64,000 nt of DNA, taken from NCBI RefSeq assembly GCF_004010195.1, contig NC_057718.1, forward strand, positions 48,024,507-48,088,506, given 5' to 3'. Below the pieces are notes generated by a model that searched no databases, was not told where the DNA came from, and saw only the letters and a list, made by a program, of their open reading frames with translations. Below, in pieces: positions 62,556-64,000 of this stretch (the first letter of the stretch is position 1; each line of letters opens with the position of its first letter). Origin of the DNA: Chiloscyllium plagiosum (Eukaryota). A program made the position numbers and the translations under genes.

Positions 62556-64000
62556 CTTCCCTATTCCATTAACTTTTCTTCATACTTTCAAACTTTGCTG
62601 TGGACATGTTACAGCATATACATGCTGGTATGGCCTCTTAAAATGTACCATTTCCTGACTTTATTGTTACATATTTATTTCTGTTATAACTTTTGTTGAC
62701 CCAGTGCTACCATTTTTGCATATGAGATTAGATTTGTTGTAAAGTATTTTCAAAACACTCCAGTTTGGAGTAAGCAGCTTCATATTAAAATTTATATTCA
62801 ATTTATTGCCATTCTATGTTTAAGTATTTTCTCAAAAGTACATTTGTGTTTCTGCACTACTATATTTGTATAATTTATGGAGGTAACTCAATTTGGGGGC
62901 AGTAAACTTGGCAGTATTAATCAAGCTGTCCAGTGTATACCACTACATTCCTTTCCGGAAAAAGAAAATTACACAGGGTGTATAACAAATGGCCAATTGC
63001 ATACCACCAGTTTTGTCCTCATTTAAGTGGATTTTATTTGGATATAATGAAAAGCTGTTTGCTAACTTTTTATTCTTTGTAGCCATACAGATGTAAATTT
63101 ATCTTGTTTGTGAAAGTCTACAGTTGATTAAAATCAATATTTTTAAGCTACTACACTTTGAAGTCAAATTTTGTATATGCAAATGCACTTTTCAGATCAA
63201 TTTCCACACTTTAATATCTCAATGCCAATTTTAACTGCTATTTGAATACTTAAAACATTCATGAGCACGTTTTGATGAACTCTTGTGCAAATCAATGGGG
63301 TACTCCTTAACCTCCTTGATACATACCCATCAAGCTTAAACTGACAAAGGTTTGAAGTTCTGGTCAAAAGGTGTTTTGTTTTTCCTTTGCTCGTTACAAT
63401 CTTGTTCAAGCTCAAGAAAATGTTCTTTTTTGGATTTTTTTTTAGTAAACCTTGGCAGAATTCAGGAAGTATTTCAACTTTCTAAATACTCTTTTCATCA
63501 CCTTGCACTGGCTATATCTCATTATTAGCACAGGTTTAATGGTTTTAGTGTAATCTAAGATTTAGTGAGTTCCAGCTGCTGATATCAATTCTTCCTAGTG
63601 ATTATACCAATACTAGGGCCATAGCATATATCTCATTACCCTGTGAAACCTTTAAAGATTTTGGAACGTGTATAGAATTAACAATTAGATTTACACAATG
63701 CCAATTCGATTCATACAGTACCTGTGGATTTTTTTTATTTGTTCCTTTGCAGTTGTCTGGTATTAAATGTTCAGTACTTCAAATGGATTTATACCAGATG
63801 TTAGTTATGTTGGCGTTGAAAGTGTCAGAAGCTTACACGAGCTGTAGTAATATCTGCCAGCAACTATTGTTGATTCTGGAAGAGAGATTAAAAATTTAAA
63901 TGAAACAGAAGAAGCACCTTCCATGTGAAGTGTATCTGGTTGTTAACAAAAGAGTAAGATGCAATCTTCCCCTCACTGTAGGTGGCGAGAAGGGGAAATA

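Noticed and set aside
1..64000. CRISPR array or other prokaryotic system
   Set aside because: The window is intron-containing vertebrate DNA, with no regularly spaced repeat-spacer array or operon-like ORF cluster.

Overview
Vertebrate genomic DNA, almost certainly from a shark or other cartilaginous fish, judged from HE1-type tRNA SINEs, SacSINE1/Deu-type SINEs, CR1 LINEs and abundant Penelope-like elements. There are two N gaps (6342-7304 and 31382-31947). Two genes diverge from a ~24 kb repeat-filled interval. The first coding exon and CpG promoter of LPGAT1 lie on the minus strand. A complete NEK2 gene lies on the plus strand: 9 coding exons, 33304-62087, 1347 nt, 448 aa, with intact kinase, leucine-zipper, KVHF, KEN and MR-tail motifs. 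The most interesting non-genic signal is a set of three families of minimal hammerhead-ribozyme motifs (CUGANGA-stem II-GAAA-NUH) with covarying helices. Each family is tied to a different Penelope-like element, and each is also spread as short palindromic non-autonomous insertions, several with target-site duplications, including copies in NEK2 introns and just past its stop codon. Other observations: an extra intron relative to human NEK2, candidate NEK2B-like and NEK2C-like isoform signals, a POGK-like pogo transposon remnant, nested Tigger-like MITEs, and several locally templated duplications. All calls come from reading the sequence by eye and from recalled family knowledge; no searches were run, and repeat boundaries are approximate.
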